Source: Callorhinchus milii (taxonomy: Eukaryota). From it: a DNA stretch of 64,000 nucleotides. Below are positions 12,590-25,495 of the stretch, in pieces (the stretch's first letter is position 1; each line of letters begins with the position of its first letter). The notes under the pieces are model-generated. The model was not told the DNA's origin and made no database searches. It was given only the letters and a program-made list of their open reading frames with translations. The position numbers and the translations under genes are program-made. The DNA lies in contig NW_024704743.1 in the NCBI RefSeq assembly GCF_018977255.1, positions 87,298,001-87,362,000 of the forward strand. Reading direction: 5' to 3'.

Positions 12590-13020
12590 CTCATTCTTCC
12601 AGAACATCCACCCTATCATCCTCTCATCACAACGTCAAGCTTTTTTAAAAAAAAACAAATGAGTCCAGTATCCTGGTCTCATAGCCTCTTCTTGGTAACT
12701 TTCTTCAATCATTAATTATCCTCTGGGTAAAGAAGTACTTCCTGGTGTCCACGCTGAAATTGCTCATTGAAACTGGAACCTATGTTCTCTTGTTCTCCTA
12801 TTTCACTGCATCAAAACGTATCTATAATGTGGGTTTTAAATTTGCCACGACTCTGGTCTTATTTTCTTAATCCCATTTAAGTATTTAATATCTTATATAC
12901 CGCTATAGGGTCCCCTCTAAGATGTATTCTTTCAAGACTGAAGAGTTCCAGCTAGTCTAATGTTGCTCACAGCTCATCCCTCTAATACTGGGGATTAGCC
13001 TCATTGTTCTCTGTTGTACA
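12590..13020 (-). mobile_element. Old CR1 3' fragment
   Basis: ctctgggtaaagaagtacttcc (FFTQRV) and tataccgctatagggtcccctctaag (LRGDxIxVYK) read on the minus strand. Confidence 0.65.
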
Positions 13021-13485
13021 TGTGAGGGAATATGTTTATCCAGGTTGCTTTTGAAGTAGGGACAAATCTTTCAATATGATACATGTAATGTTTAATATAA
13101 TGTAATCAACATTTTGTGTGGCAATCACTTTCACTCACGACAACAACAAATTAAATTTATATAGCTCCTTTCAAGTCAGGAACCATTCCAAGGTGCTGAA
13201 AGGTTCAGAACACAGGAAAAGTAAGAACATTTCAGACATTCCTGAAAGTTAAAGGCTACTGGCACACCTCTGTGCGAATTCTGTGTCTGAAAGCTACGCA
13301 AGGTTATTTGTGTATGTATAATGTCTTGAAGACATAAGATGCTATATCAAATGCAAGGATTATTATTATAATTTCTGCTGTTTCTTTTAGAATGAAATTG
13401 CTTTAGTTGATCTCTCCATATGCAGGGTGGCCAGATTTCATTGTTTCTCACCAAGTCTCTTTTGTTATGGCCTTACTTTCCTCAT

Positions 13486-14271
13486 CTGGCTCAGTTGGTA
13501 GCACTCTCACCTCTGAGACAGAAGGTTGTGGTTTTAAGCCCCATTTGTGGAGTCCTGTAGCTCAGTGGTTAGAGCACTCGTCTTGCAAGCGAGACACTTG
13601 GTTCAATTCCAGGCTGGGCAAAACCTTGGGCAAGTTTCCTTACTCCACACGCCTAATAATAATCCATCCAAAAAAACAAAAACAATAATAAATTGGTCAT
13701 TTTCAGTCCATGACTGTTTGTGGGACACTGCTGTGCGCAATTGGCTGCTGCGTTTCGCCCACAAATATACGGTCAATTCACTTTACAGTCTATTCTGTGA
13801 AGCGCTTTGAGACGTCGATAAGACGTGTAAAGCACTATATCAAATGCAAGGATTATTATTATGTCTTTTGCGGGACTTTGAGCTCACAGTTTAGGCTGAC
13901 TCTGAAGTACAGTGCTGGGGGAGCACTGCATTGTTGGAGGTGCCAATCTTTGGATATGCTTTGAGATGTCCTCCTGACTTGAAGCAATATAAATGTAAAT
14001 TGTATAAGACATAAAACCAAGGTCCTATCTGCCTTTCAGGTGGACATTAAAAATCCCATGACACTATTCAAAAAGAGAAAGGAGATTCTCATGGTGTCCT
14101 AGCCAACAATTCCCCAAATAAATTTGATCATTCACGTCGAGGCTGTGTACAAATGGGCTGCTGCGTTCACCTGTAAATGCAGCCAATATATTTTACAGTG
14201 AATTCACATGAAGCACTTTGAGATGTTTCGACAATGAGATAAGGCACTATTTCAAATGCAAGGATTATTAC
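13486..14271 (+). mobile_element. Family B SINE split by a family A SINE
   Basis: Head tctggctcagttggtagcactctcacctctgag..aagccccat stops at about 13545 and resumes at about 13870 (gggactttgagctcacag..) through to the tail at 14271. Confidence 0.85.
13547..13862 (+). mobile_element. Full-length family A SINE nested in a family B SINE
   Basis: Near-consensus GTGGAGTCCTGTAGCTCAGTGGTTAGAGCAC...aggattattatt. Confidence 0.92.
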
Positions 14272-14884
14272 TTCAGGTTCCCAAATATGCCTGGGAAAAA
14301 GCCTTTCATTTTTATTGATTGGGATTATGCTCAGGATGAGCCATTGTGGCTCCTTTGCTGGTCCCAGAATAAAAAAAACTTGCATTTTTCATCTCGCTCT
14401 ATTAATTTCTTTGCCAAATAGCAATTTAATTCCCTCAGCAATTTGTTGAACAGATCAATCAAGTTCAGGTGAAAATTTCATTACTGAAATTACTTTCATT
14501 ACATCAAAATCATAATTTCTTCTCAGAAGCAGCAAAAACACCAGTTGTCATCAAAATCAGATTGATCTTGCACACCATGGTACTGGACAGTCATCTTATT
14601 TGTGTTCTGCATTCTTTCTAATTAAAAAATATATTAAAACATGTGCTCTACGCTTCATGTCTCACTAAGAGACAGGATTCAAGGCTCTACTTAGGGCAAA
14701 ATATGAGTTCAATTTGCCACATGTCGTGGGAATAAGATTAGCTTCCACTAGCCATAGAATCATAGAAATTGCAAGATCATTCAATCTATCATGCCTAAAA
14801 GGGTGATAACTCCTTCAATGAAGCTATCAAGGTTGATACAATTCCTTCCTTTTTCCCCATACCCTCCGTTATGCTCCTTGTGCA

Positions 14885-15324
14885 ATAATAATATAATAAT
14901 AATCCTTGCATTTGTACAGTGTCTTTCATGTCGGGAGGACGACTCAAAATGCTTCACAGAATTTACTGTATGATGGAATGACTGTATATTTGTAGATGAA
15001 CGTGGCAGCGAAGTTGCGCACAGCAATGTCCCACAGACAGCCATAAAATGAATGACCAATTTTATTTGGGGGAATGTCAGCTGTGGCGCAAGCAGAAACT
15101 CTTCTCTTTTCAATTAGTGCCGTGGGATCTTTAATACCCACCTGATCAGATAGACAGCTCCTTAGTTTAATGTCTCATCTAAAGGAAGAACAATGCAAAG
15201 AAACCCCAGTATTGTATTGGAGTGTCAGCCTAGCTCACAGGAGTTCAAGTCCTGGTGTGGGGCTAGTACCCACAACATTCTTATTCAAAGGTGAGAGTGT
15301 TGCCAGCTGAGCTGGGCTGACACC
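14885..15324 (-). mobile_element. Full-length family B SINE
   Basis: Tail aataataatccttgcattt at left and head gagagtgttgccagctgagctgggctgacacc at right. Confidence 0.85.
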
Positions 15325-16582
15325 TAAAGTGCATGTATACTTTAGGGAATTTCCCTTACTTATAAACTCAATTATCCAATGATAATTATGTCATTAATAA
15401 TCAATCCTTTTATTTATTGTTAACATATTGACTGGCCCATTCCACTTTTTCCCAATTCTGAGTTTCTCAGAGATAGAGGAACAGAAATATAATATTGCTT
15501 GTTTAGAAGTATATGTTTGCTTATAAATACACATTCAATGCCCTTTGCAATAAATCCTGTAATATTTCACTGACATAGTGATTTGCTATATCAATGCAAA
15601 GGTTATTATTATTAATAATATTAATCAAAATCAACACTATTGCACAAAGCTTGAGACAAGCCTTCCTATATGTATTTCTAAGTTATTTCAATATTGAAAC
15701 CTAAAATAAATCCCCTTGAAGATGACATTAATCCTGATTATTCGTGCATCATCTCAAATATAACTTATAATACACAAGATTCGTTTGGAGAACGTTTCAG
15801 AAGAAGCATTCAAAACTTTTATACTTGATGCTGTTTTTTGTTCCAGCTCTTAAATAATATTGAAATTGTTTTGTAGCATAGGTCTGTGTTTATGAGGGGA
15901 GATTGGAGTCAAAATGACTCTTGTAGATTTGGGAAAAAATTGCCTTAAATTAGCTGCTGCTTCAGATACTTAATACTCAGGTCTTCTGTTCAAGCTTGCT
16001 GACTTCCATTCAAATGCTCACTTTTTCCATGGCTGATTGCAGGTGTTACCTGATAACCTTAGCAGCCATAGCTCTTGTCAAACTACAAATATGTGGAAGA
16101 GACACTTTGACTTTAATGACCTGAACACCATGTGATTTATTATTAATTCATATTTGTTCAGATTGGATTTCAGTTGCCAAATACAGGGGTCAAAAATGTA
16201 GACATCACAACTTGAATTTGCAAAAGATGCATAAATTCAGCACTTGAAAGTTCACCTAGTCGTAGCCTTTGTCTTAATATTTAAGAACACGCAGATTTGT
16301 GTTAAATTCTTAAATTCGGTCTTCATTTGGAAACTGGATCTTTTCAGGAATTGAGGAAAACTGGCTTCCAAATCATAACCGCGTTCAAGAATTTTCCAAA
16401 ACTCTGCAATGTTACATTTAATGTTCACAAACTAAAACAAGATGGAAAACTGCTGGTACCGAAATTGGCTACCGAGTTCACCTACATAATACAGTTAGTA
16501 AAATCCTGTGAAGAGCTATGAGACATCCTTCCATTGTGAAAGACTTGATATCAGATGCAGTGATTATTATATCTGCGTTGTG

Positions 16583-16881
16583 TAACAACAACAAGATTCC
16601 ATTTATAGAGCACCTTTCACGTCGGGAGGATGTCCCAAGGCGCTGGACAGTTGGGTCAGGACCCGAGCAGGGGGGAAATGGTCAGGGGGAGGGAAGGGAG
16701 GGAACGAGGAGGGGGTAGAGAGTCGAGAGGGGAGCTGAAGGCACGGTCAAAGAGAAAGGTCTTGAGACCGGCCTTGAAGGAGGAAAGGGAGGAAGCGGCG
16801 AAGGCACTGGGAGATGGAGTTCCAGAGCTTCGGGGCTGAGAGGCTGAAGGCCCGGCCACCGATGGTAGGGCGGTTGGGGCA
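16583..16881 (-). mobile_element. Young L2 3' fragment
   Basis: Nearly identical to the reverse complement of 8070-8412. Confidence 0.9.
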
Positions 16882-16883
16882 GT

Positions 16884-17640
16884 AACGTGCAGCAAAGTAT
16901 TATAATCATATCCTCTTTGTACACAGGACCACTGAATTGGTCCAAACAGTTGTTTCAAAACCTCAAATAGATCCTCAATGAGGATTTGGTCATGAATGAG
17001 CACTGTTGTTCTATAGCCACGGTCCTTGAGTGTGGTATGAGTATCAGCAGCCATGGACAAGGAGCCACTCCTGTAGTTTATCAGGCTCACAGAACATTTT
17101 AGGTTTGTCAGTGGACCATAAAAATAAATGAGTTGGGTGTTGTACCTGAAAATCAGCCGGCGGCGTGCTGTAAGCAATTGCAACTGTTTCCTAAACCTGA
17201 ACATGCTTGCAATGAAAGCCTTCCTGCTCCTGTAGTACAGAGGATTTCTATATGGGAATCAGGATTGATACATGTGTGCCATCTATCACACTCTGCACCC
17301 TTGAGGAGCCAGTGAGACGTTAAAAGCCAAGCTGTCATCATCCTTGTTTTTGTCACAGCTAGTTCAAAAGCAAATGTATCCATGTGCCAACTGTTCTAAA
17401 GACTGTCGGACAACAAACTAATCAACTCCTTTTACTTCTCCATCTGGGCATTGGAAGTAAACCTTGTCATGAAAGTTGTAATGGGAATGATAACCTTCAG
17501 GTGGATGGGCAGCATTGTCCTTGCCCCATTGCATGGTTGCAATTAGGTATGTCAGCTGTCTCAATACATTCTCCAGCAGACATGGTTACCTGGGGCACAG
17601 CTCTGCCATCACATCCTCATCTGTCCTCTTGACCTTTACA
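16884..17640 (-). mobile_element. Decayed PIF/Harbinger transposase
   Basis: Minus-strand motifs in order with frameshifts: LPIHLKVII; RVQSVIDGTHVSI; GFHCKHVQV; FSGTTPNSFIF; EWLL; PWLL; NSAH..ILIEDLFEVLKQLF; IIILCCTL. These match the Harbinger pattern AIDGTH..RKG..NVQ..PGSxHD..PWLLTP..IExxFGxLKxRF..CCxLHN. Confidence 0.8.
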
Positions 17641-18901
17641 CTATGTTGACAGGGTAAGGAAATGCACCAAGCCCCATTGGCTGTCGATGCCTTACATGGC
17701 CTCCGTCCCTCCTCTCATGGAATCCTTATGCTGTTCTGCCCTGGACAACCTTTGGCCGGACCTTCTGCCAAGGTCTGAGCATTATAAGTGGATAAGAATG
17801 AAGTCTGGCTGCAACAATTCTGCTCAAATAGAGTAAATCTAGACCCAGGTAAAATCCCCTCCGTCTATGTGCACAAAACAAGTTCAAATAGGAGTGGATT
17901 ATGGAAGATAAAGCATAGACATTTCATTCATGGGTTACTTTTTGAGACACATAGCATCTTGTCAGGTCCTTCTTTGCGTAAGCAGACTGATGATGACAGA
18001 GTTCAAATCTAAATAGCCTGTGAACGGCAGCATGAACATTCAACATGCAGCACATCCCTTCAGAAGCATTAGGGGAGATGGTCACAGACATCTCTATCCT
18101 TGGCTTTAAAAATTATTCATCCTTTCAAAAAAGCCGCAGTTCACATCAGTCATCACAGTAGCCTTAGTGCCGTGGTTCACTGCCTCTGCCTGAGATTAGG
18201 TTACCAACACATCCACTCCACTGGAAAGAGAGGCTGATATTTTCCTAATTCTTGACATTTAACTTTTCAATATTTATGAGACCATCAGCAGTAAACTATG
18301 TGAACTCGATCTGCTACACCTGTACCATCAGCTTTCAGGCATTTGAAGTGTGCTCAGTATGTCCTCCAATTAGCTAAGATAGGGAATTGACTTACTGGGA
18401 GGATTTTCAGGCTTCCTGAGTTCCCAAAAGCACCAGGAACACCCACATCTGAAAACTCGTCTAAACCTGCTGTTCTGTCCATCAGGGCAAGCTTGTACAT
18501 CATTTTATACATTCGTTGGTGCAAATTGTCTGCTCAATGACAGAACAACAATATCTATCACAAAGGAATAGAAAGAAGCCTATGTTTTTAAGAGCACCTT
18601 AGACAATATCTACAGAATAAATTACATCAGTGATGACCACATTAAGGAACTCGGTCACATAGAAAGTGAGTTAGCCAATAGTGGAACCTGGGTTACTGCA
18701 CTTCTAGTTTGTAGTGGTGTCAGCAGAGTGGGGTATAATGGCATTGCCCTGTATCTCTATGTAGTGATCATACTTCCTTTCTGTCATCTTTCCCATCTCC
18801 ACTCCCCTTGGCAACTAACCCCAGCTTGGGTGCCCAGCCAGTACAGTTAAGAGCTTCAAGACATCTTCCTAACACTATATAAATGGAAATTTGTATTGTA
18901 T

Positions 18902-19170
18902 AACTTGGCTCAGTTGGTAGCCTCAGGCTCGAAGAACATGGGATCAAGCTCAACAATGAGTTCCCTGGCTGCTTTCTATGGATCATTGGACAACAAACTA
19001 ATCAGTGCAGTCCTAGGGAAGTGTTGCGTTGTCAGAAATGCTGGTATTTGGATGAGATGTGAGGCCGAGGTCCCAGCTGCCTGCCCTCTGGTTAAAGAAC
19101 TTGTGACACTATTCAAAAAAAAAGGATTTTTTTTCTGATGTCCTGGAGAACAATTCTCCAAATTAATTGG
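18902..19170 (+). mobile_element. Degenerate family B SINE, 5' part
   Basis: ttggctcagttggtagc head; gatgagatgt..gaggtcc..ctgcctg..cactattcaaa..tgtcctgg. Confidence 0.6.
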
Positions 19171-20280
19171 TTATTCTCTCCTTTACGTAGAATTGCATAG
19201 AGTGTTATGGTATGGAACTAACCTCTGCCAATATTTATACTCCATGTGATCCACCAACCCTCTCCTATATTCCTCTATTCCCTCCTCTCTCATATATAAC
19301 AACTTTGTTTGTTTGCTGGAATAAATGTTGCATGATTTGGTGTGGGAAATCTTCAATTATATGGGAGAGCAAAGTGGAGTCATGCATCATTTTCAGTGGT
19401 TGTGAGAAACTATGGGCAAGGCAATCAATACGTTTCTATCATATTTCCAAAAGTGTTATACTTAATGTGTTAACAATTTGGTAAACCACCAAAAAAGTAT
19501 TTTTCTAGTAGTCAGGACCCAAATATCTATTTAAGACTGAAGGGTTTGAGTACTGATAACAAAATATTGTATGCAGTTATTTAGCCTGAGTAATAGTGAT
19601 AAATGAGTAATAACTTCTGCATTTTCCTTCAATTTCCATACTTAAGGCACTTATTCATTCAGGTGTCAATTGATACCAGAGGTAAGAATTGATGCATCGA
19701 ATCATTACAATGTTCTATGTGAAGTTATGAAGCATGTTACATGATATTGGTTACGAGAGGTGACAGAATTCAATTGAGTTGGTGCAAGACAATACTATTA
19801 AATATTAAAATAGTCATGCATTTTTAACAGTTGAATATTAATCAAATATTAGAAACAACTAACACTGATTTGTTTACTACTTTTGTCTGCTTTTTATCAC
19901 TTTATTCAGTACAAGATGATCAGATTTAAACTACTGATCAATAACCCTGTTTATCACAACTTTGTATGGTGAGAATGTAGCCTTGATACTTGATACAGAA
20001 CCTAAGGAGATTGTTGTATGCAGATTTGCTGCTGTCTTTGCCCATAACGTACATAGTCATTGCACTTTTCAGAATATCCATTCAGACATCCTCCTGACAT
20101 GAAATGCTAAATCAAATGCAACTAATATTATGAATAGACAGTCAAGTCACTAGGCTTTACAGTAAATCCTGTGAAGCCCTTTGAGACATGTTGACATAAG
20201 GCACTGTATCAAATTCCACTGCAAACAAAAGGTTGATGTACAGCACCTTTATACATTGGAAACCATGAATATAATTGTAC

Positions 20281-20598
20281 CTTTCTCTTTGTGTTTGTTG
20301 TTGTGCCAATGTCCTTATAGGCAAACTTCCTCAATAATCAATTGTACAAAGTGAGTGTAGCTAGAAGTGGTGGGAGGGAAATTGGAATGGTCATCCAGTT
20401 AAATAACTCCTCATCCAGTTAAATGAGACTCTTTGAGAAAATCAAAGAAGCTCAGAGGCAAAGAGGTCCTGAGAAGAACTTTCCTCACCAATATTACTTT
20501 GCACAGAAACTCAGCACAGACAAACACTGGATTTCTCTTGGCAGAACCGTTGGTGAATTCTTTCACTTCATTTTCAACTGGGAGGGGCAAATATACTG
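20281..20598 (-). pseudogene. Possible relic exon(s) of the tenascin-like pseudogene (start of fibrinogen-like domain, or another FN3)
   Basis: Acceptor ttcatcttcaacag and donor aaag|gtacaa; reads AVYLPLPVENEVKEFTNG.. and SYTHFVQLIIEEVCL, weakly like YPFPxDC..NG and Y..GFG...EEFWL. Confidence 0.25.
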
Positions 20599-20667
20599 CT
20601 GTTGAAGATGAATAAACTTTATGTTGTTTTCATAAATTAACTTTGAATAGTAAACACCTTCATAGAA

Positions 20668-23600
20668 TCATGGAATTTTACAGCACAGAAGGAGGCCATT
20701 CGGCCCATTGTGTCTGCGCCGGCTCTTTGAAAAGACCTATCCAAATCAATTCCATTCCTCCGCTCTCTCCCCATAGCCCTACATATTGTCCCCCCACCAA
20801 ATAATTATCTACTTCTCTCTTAAAAGTTTTTAATCAAATTGGCTTCCACCACCCTTTCAGGGAATGCATTCCAGATCCGAACAACTCACTGTGTGAAAAA
20901 ATTTCTCTTCACCTCTGTTTCTTTTAACAACGATTTTAAATCGGTGTCCTTGGGCTACCGACCCATCCACCATGGGAAATAGTTTCTCTTTGTTCACCCT
21001 ATCGAATCCCCTCATAATTTTGAAAACTTCTGTTAAGTCTCTTCTTAACCTTCTCTGTTCCAAGGAGAATAATCCTAACATGTCTAGCTACTCCTGATAA
21101 CTGAAGTCCCTCATTCTTGGTACCATTCTGGTAAATCTCCATTGCACCCTCCCCAATGCCTTACCTGTCCTGCTACCTTCAAATATTTACTTATATGAAA
21201 CCCCAGGTCTCGCTGTTCCTTCACCCCCTTTAAGATTGTACCATCTATTTTATATTTCAGTGCCTTGGGACGTCCTCCCGACGTGAAAGGTGCTCTATAA
21301 CTGCAATCTTGTTGTTGTATATGGCCTCTCCTCAATCTTCCTCCCACAATGCATCACTTTGCATTTCTCCACATTAAACTTCAGCTGCCACGTGTCCGCC
21401 CATTTTACCAGTCTGTTTATGTCTATTTGCAGTCTATTACTATCCTCCTCACTGTTTACTACATTTCCTAGCTTAATATCATCTGCAAACTTGGAAATTG
21501 TACTCCCTATACCCAAATCCAGGTCATTTATATAGATCAAAAACAGCAGCGGTCCCAATACTGACACCTGAGGGGAAACCACTGCACACTCCCTCCAGTC
21601 AGAAAAACAACTGTTCACCACCACTCTCTGCTTTCTGTCTCCCAGGTAGTTCTGTATCCATGTCATCACTGTCCCTTGAATACCGTGGGCTTCTATTTCG
21701 CTTACAAGTTCCTTATGTGGCACTTTTATCAAATGCCTTTTGAAAATCTATATCAACTACATCAACTGCACTACCTTCATCCACCCTCTCTGTTATACTT
21801 CATCAAAAAAACTATCAGGTTTGTTAGACATCATTTGCCTTTAGCAAATCTGTGTTGGCTGTCCTTTATTAACCCATATTTTTCCAAGTGAAAATTTATT
21901 TTGGCCCAGATTAAAATCTCTAGAAGTTTCCCCACTTCTGACGTTTGGCTGACTGGCCTGTAATTCCCAGGCTTATCCTTCTGCCCCTTTTTGTACAGGG
22001 GAGTAACATTTGCAACCCTCCAGTCCCTCTGGCACCACCCCAGTATCCAAGGAGAATTGAAAGATTGTGGCCAGATTCTCTGTTATTTCCCCCCTTACTT
22101 CCCTCAGTAACCTAGGATGCATCTTGTCCAGACGGGTGATTTATCTGCCTTGAGCACCGACAACCTTTTAAGTACCTCCTCTCGGTTTATTCTTGTCTTA
22201 TCCAATTTCTCTACCCTCTCCTCCGATGCTGTGGCATTGGCTGCATCCTCTTCTTTTGTGAAGACAGATGCAAAGTATTCATTCAGTATGTCAGCTATGC
22301 TCAAGAAGATTTCATCTTTGGTCCCTAATAGGACCCACCCTACCTTTAACTAACCTATTATTCTTTGTATGCTTATAAAATACCTTAGGGTTCCCTTTTA
22401 TGTTACCCACTAAACTTTTCTCATACAACCTCTTTGCCCTTCTTATTTCCCTTTTCAGTTATCCTCTGTATGTTTCTATACTGTATTTGATTATCTTCTG
22501 TATTTTGGACCTGACATTTATCATAAGCCTCCTTTTTCTATTTTATTTTAATCCAAATTTCCTTATTCATTTAGGGAGGTTTGGATGCCCTACCTTTCTC
22601 TTTGTGGGAATATATTTGTTTTGTCCTGGAACTATCTCCTCCTTGAAGGCTTCCCATTGCTCCTTAGCTGTTTTACCTGCCAATCTTTCTTTCCAGTCCA
22701 CCTTGGCTAGGTCCCTTTTTAACTCACTGAATTTAGTCCTCTTCCAGTTGAGTATCTTCACCGTTGATTGCTCCTTGTCCCTTTCTATAAGTACTATAAA
22801 CCTAATGATGTTGTGATCACTGTTTTCCAGATACTCTCCTACTGAAACCTGCTGCACTTGCCCCACTTCATTCCCCAGAACTGGATACACCACTGCTTCC
22901 TTCCTCGTTGGGCAGGAAATACTGATCCAGAAAGTTACCCTGCCCACATTTCAAGAATCCTTACCCCTCCTTACCCTTTACACTGCTATTTTGCTGGTCT
23001 ATATTAGGATAATTGAAGTCCCTACTATCACTACTCCATTGGTTACTCTAACCAAATAGATTGTTTTTGGACCTTCTAGCACATCGTCCCTTTTCAGGGT
23101 CATAACTGTGTCTTTAATCAATATTGTCACGACCCCTTTTTCTTCCCTCTCCTTCCTGAACACATTGTAGTCAAGAATATTCAGCTCCCATTCCTGCCCT
23201 TGATTGAGCCAGGTCTCCATTATGGCCACTACATAACCCCATGTGGCAATTTGAGCCTGCAGCTCACCAATCTTATTTGTCACACACCATGCGTTTACGC
23301 ACATGCACTCCAAGGCCGACTTAGTCTGTTCTGCATTTCTCCCCCGTCTAATCCCTCCTTTTTCTGGATTTCTCCTTATTACATTACTATTCATCTCTCA
23401 CAGCCCTCTATGGTACTTGTTTATCATCTCTAATGCTACATCCTGATTCCTTAGTTTAGACCCTTCCCTACAGCACTGGTTAACCTCCCTGCGAGGACAT
23501 TGGTACCAGCACTGTTCAGGTGTAACCTATCCACCTTGTACTGGTCCCACCTGCCCCAGAACTGGTCCCAATGATCCAAGAACCTGAAGCCTTCCTTCCT

Positions 23601-24806
23601 GCACCATTTCTCCAGTTATGCATTCATGTGTTTGATCCTGCTGTTTTGATACTCACTTGCACAAGGCACTGGGAGTAATCCAGAGATTACCACCTTTGAG
23701 GTCCTACTCTTTAGCTTTTTCCCTAGCTTCTTATACTCTCCCTGCAGCATCTCAGCCTTTTTTCTTCCTACATCATTGATCCCAAAATGAACCATGACTT
23801 CCAGTTGTTCCCCTTCCCCCTGCAGAACATTTTGCACCCGTTCCATGACATCTTCAACCTTGGCACCAGGGAAGCAACATACAATATGAGAGTCACATAT
23901 TTGGAAAATATTTGCAGAAACACCTGTCTACTCCTTTCACCATTGTGCCCCAATGAAAATTGCATTGACGCTCTTCCCTGTGTTCCCGTGTCTCCATTTG
24001 CTTTTGACTCCCCCCTCCTCCTGACCAGCATTCAGTACAGAGAACCGACTTGTGAGTGCCATACTCTCAGGGGATTTCTGCATAGCCCATCCCCTCTTCT
24101 TACCATACCTGATGGTCACCCACTCACTCTCCTTCGGAACCCTCTGTGGCTGTGGGGTGATCACCTCCTGAAACATTCAATCCATGAACTATTCAGCCTC
24201 TCGTATACTATGTAGTGATATCAGCCTCTCCTTGAGATCAGAAACCCTGAGCTCAAGCTCGAGCTGTCAGAGACACTTCCTACACACGTCTGTCCAGGGC
24301 GCACAAAGCATCCTGGAGTTTCCACATGGCACACATTGTGCATTCCCAGACATGTTTTACATTATTGTAATATAACTTATATATTTTATAATTATGCACC
24401 TCTTTCCCACTCTCACCAAAATCCTAACAGAATTCTCACTCTGCTCCATCCTCAACCTACCAGGCTCTCTGCTCAAGTGAGGCTCTCACAAGTCTTCTCC
24501 TTTATACAGGAATCAAACAAAAGCACTCAGTTTTGACTGGTCAACAGATTTTACAATCCCAAACAACTGCCCTATGATTAACTGCTAATTGACTTGTTTA
24601 CCTGTTTAAGGTTGCCTCTATCTCAAGATAGATATTCCACTCTTCTGCTGAATGAAAGAGTTCTCTCTTGCTCTCTGGTATTTCTCTTGCTGAGGAATTC
24701 CCACTCCCATCAAATTCCTTAACAGAATTCTAACTCAGTTCCCTCGTCACTCGGTTCCCTCCTCACGCAGTTCCCTCCTCATGCTGCTGACCTCTCTGCT
24801 CAAGTG
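20668..24806 (-). mobile_element. Full-length but decayed CR1 LINE with 11-bp TSD CCTTCATAGAA (20657-20667 and 24807-24817)
   Basis: ORF1 zinc finger ECTMC..VCRKC and SGNH esterase (VHFGINDVG..VVISGLLPVP); ORF2 endonuclease (VAIMETWL, SDHNII) and RT (PQVSVLGPLLFLIYINDL, KFADD); (ATTCTATG) tail; stops, frameshifts and a deletion near 21160. Confidence 0.95.
21256..21317 (+). mobile_element. Minimal L2 tail insertion in the CR1, TSD TATAT
   Basis: gtgccttgggacgtcctcccgacgtgaaaggtgctctataactgcaatcttgttgttg flanked by tatat at 21251-21255 and 21318-21322. Confidence 0.85.
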
Positions 24807-24888
24807 CCTTCATAGAACAATTGTTGTTTTAGAAAAGCATTATGTCTGTACATAGGGATTGATGAATCCTCACAGACATGGTGTGCAA

Positions 24889-25338
24889 ACAACAACAAAC
24901 AACAACTTGCACACATATAGCACTCTCCTCACAGGGAAGCGTCTCAGAGCTCTTAACAGTGGCAGAGCCTGACTCTGAGCCGTGGTGTGTAGTTGTAAGC
25001 ATGGTCAAAGAGGAAGATTTTCAGGCAGGACTTGAAAAAGGGGAGAGAGAGAGGGCAAAGTGGTGGGATTGAGGGAGAGTGTTCCAGAGTTTCGGAGTGT
25101 AGTGGCTGAAAGCACAACCTCCGTTGGTGGGATGGAGGGTGCGAGGGACGAGCAGGAGACCGGTGCCAGTTGAACAGAGATGCCAGGCGATGGATTGGCG
25201 AGTGAGGAGGTTGGAGAGGTAGGGAGGTGCCAGAGAGTGAAGGGATTTGAACGTGAATGTGAGGGTCTTGAAATCAATCCGTTCAGTGATGGGGAGCCAG
25301 TGGAGTCTGGCCAGAACTGGTGAGATGTGGAGCATTAG
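24889..25338 (-). mobile_element. Older L2 3' fragment
   Basis: HISPVLARLHWLPITERIDFKTLTFTFKSLHSLAPPYLSNLL; (CAA)n tail. Confidence 0.9.
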
Positions 25339-25344
25339 ATAGAA

Positions 25345-25495
25345 CCACACACAACTCCTGAGTTTTTAACAATCACCTCCAGTCAGAAAGCATTTGGGAT
25401 CTGTTGCAGTCTGGCTGTGAGTCAGCCTTGGCGTCTCCATTGTAGGAGAACAACATTATTGTTGAGTAAGTGGTTTGTTGGATCATGCAGTTAGG
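25345..25495 (-). pseudogene. FN3-like relic exon (last FN3 type of tenascins)
   Basis: Single frame LHDPTNHLLNNNVVLLQWRRQG*LTARLQQIPNAF*LEVIV resembles LDxPxxL..xALLxW.....EVIV; cut by the adjacent L2. Confidence 0.45.

Noticed and set aside
13547..13620. tRNA-Ala-like gene
   Set aside because: It is the head of a SINE, repeated eight times in the window with the same body and tail; no proper acceptor stem was seen.
16656..17204. 182-aa ORF
   Set aside because: Chance read-through joining the Harbinger relic to an L2 fragment.
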